The notes under the pieces are model-generated. The model was not told where the DNA came from. It worked only from the letters and a program-made list of their open reading frames with translations, and did not search any database. 64,000 nucleotides of DNA from Candidatus Thorarchaeota archaeon (lineage in GTDB: Archaea; Asgardarchaeota; Thorarchaeia; Thorarchaeales; Thorarchaeaceae), in the NCBI GenBank assembly GCA_963726195.1, contig CAVSBO010000017.1:1-64000 (forward strand), given 5' to 3'. Below, in pieces: positions 62,237-64,000 of the stretch (its first letter is position 1; the number at the start of each line of letters is the position of its first letter). Both the position numbers and the translations under genes were made by a program.

Positions 62237-64000
62237 CTACGTCTCTCGAAGATAGTTCAGCACATCTCGAATCTGCTCTGGTTCAGCATGCCGCTCAGCA
62301 AGCACAGCCCGAGCATCCCCGACCCCTAGTTGGTACAGAGCGAATACCATTGACTCAATACGGCTCGAGTAGTTCAGGCCTTCTTTGAGCACGAGTCTTA
62401 CCTCACTAATCAAATCACGAGCTGTTTCCTCGTGAACGCTCGACGAGCCAACAGGATCCGGGATAGGGAGAGATGCAAGTTCCCTGTTCGACACGTGATT
62501 GTTTGCGTTGCTGAGATTGAATCTCCAGTTTATCAAGTCTGAGTTCAGCACCCCGAGAAGGTAGAACAGATAGTCCCGATTCACGCGTCCCTTCAGAGAA
62601 ATGTAGTTGCAGGAATTGGCCAAGATGGTCTCAGCCGGAACGAAGGCGAACTTCAGGCGCCATCGTTGTGCCCGGTTCGAGACCTGTTGGCACACGATGC
62701 GGGGCTTGTGCATGTGAGGAAGACGTTCAGAGGAATTGGACGATTTCATGAATTGATTAAGGTCCACAGACTCTGCCTTGGCCTTCTTCCTTGACCTCAT
62801 TCTGTATCTCGTGATTTGAGATCCTCTGACAAGCTCGGACCCGGAGATGTCTAGTCGGATGCTGCCTTTGTTGAGTGTCAAGTCAAGTTCGCCGCGTCGA
62901 CATACCAGCCAACCGATTTTACCCAGCGGCGGGTTAGCATGCATCTTGTGCAGAACTCTCCAGCCTCTTGCATTAGCCCGGGGTATTGCGAGCGAATCTC
63001 CCATGGTGTCTCGGATTGCATCCACTGGTATCTTGAGCGAATCCGTGTTCTCGGTCTCTTCGATGCCTGTCAGTCCAAAACACGCTTCCAAACTTCGGCT
63101 TTTCACACCCTTATCAACGACTGCAATACAGACCGACTGCGTGACCCCCGGGAACAACTTCGCATCCTCAGGGAATTCGTAGATTGCCCGTACACTGTGC
63201 TCGGTCATCAGTGTGCGACGCAGAGGTGCGGCCGACATGTCAGCCAAAAGAGTGGAGGGCACAATGAATCCCACCTGACCTCGCTTCTGAGTCAGCCTCA
63301 CGGCGCGTTCAATAAACAACCTGTAACTGTCGATACTGTTTTGGCCACTGAGGCCGAAATCGCCGCACTCTCTGAAGTAAGCAACATCCTCAGCCATACG
63401 AGCCCTATAGTCGGCGTATTCGGCGGGCGGAATCGTACCATCAGAATAGGCAACGTGCTCTCGAAGAAACTCGCTGACATTGGGTTTCAGCCGGTTGTAG
63501 GGTGGGTTCATGACTACGAAATCAAAACCGCCTGAGTCACGCACGATCTCGGGAAACTCATCCAACCATTCGAAGGGATGCCTGGACCGAGGGTCTGCAA
63601 AGAAATGAGAGTTGTCTGATTTGCCATCCAATCCCTTCAGCGAAATGAGCGAATTGCCTTGCTTGAGATCAGAACCTAGAGACCTAGTCGACGAAATCAA
63701 TGCATTCGAATGGAGCACCAAGGAAATCGAAGCATCGGCGACCTCGAGGGAAGCACGATCTAGGTCAACGCCGTACAGATTCTGCCTGAAACACTCTGAC
63801 AAGGATTGCTGATTGGGACCAAGCACCGAGAGGCAACTAAGCCCTATATCAGCACAGGCGCGAGCTATTCGCGTCTCTCTCGCCTTGAAAGCGAGCATCG
63901 CTGCGACCAAGAAAGCACCGGACCCACACGCAGGGTCAAGCAATCTTAGTGACATTAGATGGCGGAGGGCTTCGTCCCGCTCCTCAGGGATTCTTCGAAT
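62237..64000 (-). CDS. N6-adenine DNA methyltransferase (Eco57I/TaqI-like; Alw26I/Eco31I-type), 5' end beyond window
   Basis: LDPACGSGAFL, YGVDLD, GNSL, FDFVVMNPPY, RGELDLT, LGVLNS..I.W.F. Confidence 0.9.
   Translation of the reverse strand: MRRIPEERDEALRHLMSLRLLDPACGSGAFLVAAMLAFKARETRIARACADIGLSCLSVLGPNQQSLSECFRQNLYGVDLDRASLEVADASISLVLHSNALISSTRSLGSDLKQGNSLISLKGLDGKSDNSHFFADPRSRHPFEWLDEFPEIVRDSGGFDFVVMNPPYNRLKPNVSEFLREHVAYSDGTIPPAEYADYRARMAEDVAYFRECGDFGLSGQNSIDSYRLFIERAVRLTQKRGQVGFIVPSTLLADMSAAPLRRTLMTEHSVRAIYEFPEDAKLFPGVTQSVCIAVVDKGVKSRSLEACFGLTGIEETENTDSLKIPVDAIRDTMGDSLAIPRANARGWRVLHKMHANPPLGKIGWLVCRRGELDLTLNKGSIRLDISGSELVRGSQITRYRMRSRKKAKAESVDLNQFMKSSNSSERLPHMHKPRIVCQQVSNRAQRWRLKFAFVPAETILANSCNYISLKGRVNRDYLFYLLGVLNSDLINWRFNLSNANNHVSNRELASLPIPDPVGSSSVHEETARDLISEVRLVLKEGLNYSSRIESMVFALYQLGVGDARAVLAERHAEPEQIRDVLNYLRET

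Noticed and set aside
62237-64000. Complete restriction-modification or defence island
   Set aside because: Only the methyltransferase is visible. Any endonuclease would lie outside the window.

Overview
64 kb of archaeal chromosome, very likely an Asgard archaeon and probably Thorarchaeia-like. This is inferred from longin-fused small GTPases, a short-repeat LRR protein, a type 2 IDI, an archaeal ATP-dependent ligase, a Sec11-type signal peptidase and a beta-CASP nuclease. About 12 genes are split by single indels, several at homopolymers, which looks like long-read error rather than decay. No rRNA, tRNA or CRISPR array was seen. Highlight 1: a 2,550-bp integrative element (tyrosine integrase, small virus-like ORFs, HNH remnant) inserted at an 8-bp TACGGAGG core inside a radical SAM/SPASM gene. 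It supplies its own diverged copy of the gene's first ~52 codons, including the CxxxCxxC motif, so the host gene is rebuilt as a chimera under element control. Highlight 2: a tandem pair of paralogues with longin-GTPase-longin-wHTH-wHTH architecture, one with an intact Arf/Ras-like G domain and one pseudo-GTPase, reminiscent of Rag/GATOR1 modules. Highlight 3: a divergent tubulin/FtsZ-family GTPase in an operon of unknown helical proteins. Highlight 4: a membrane protein with an adaptin/COP appendage-like domain. Highlight 5: a 4x12-bp GATATC operator array at a PadR-ABC promoter. All family assignments come from motif recognition by eye; no database searches were run.
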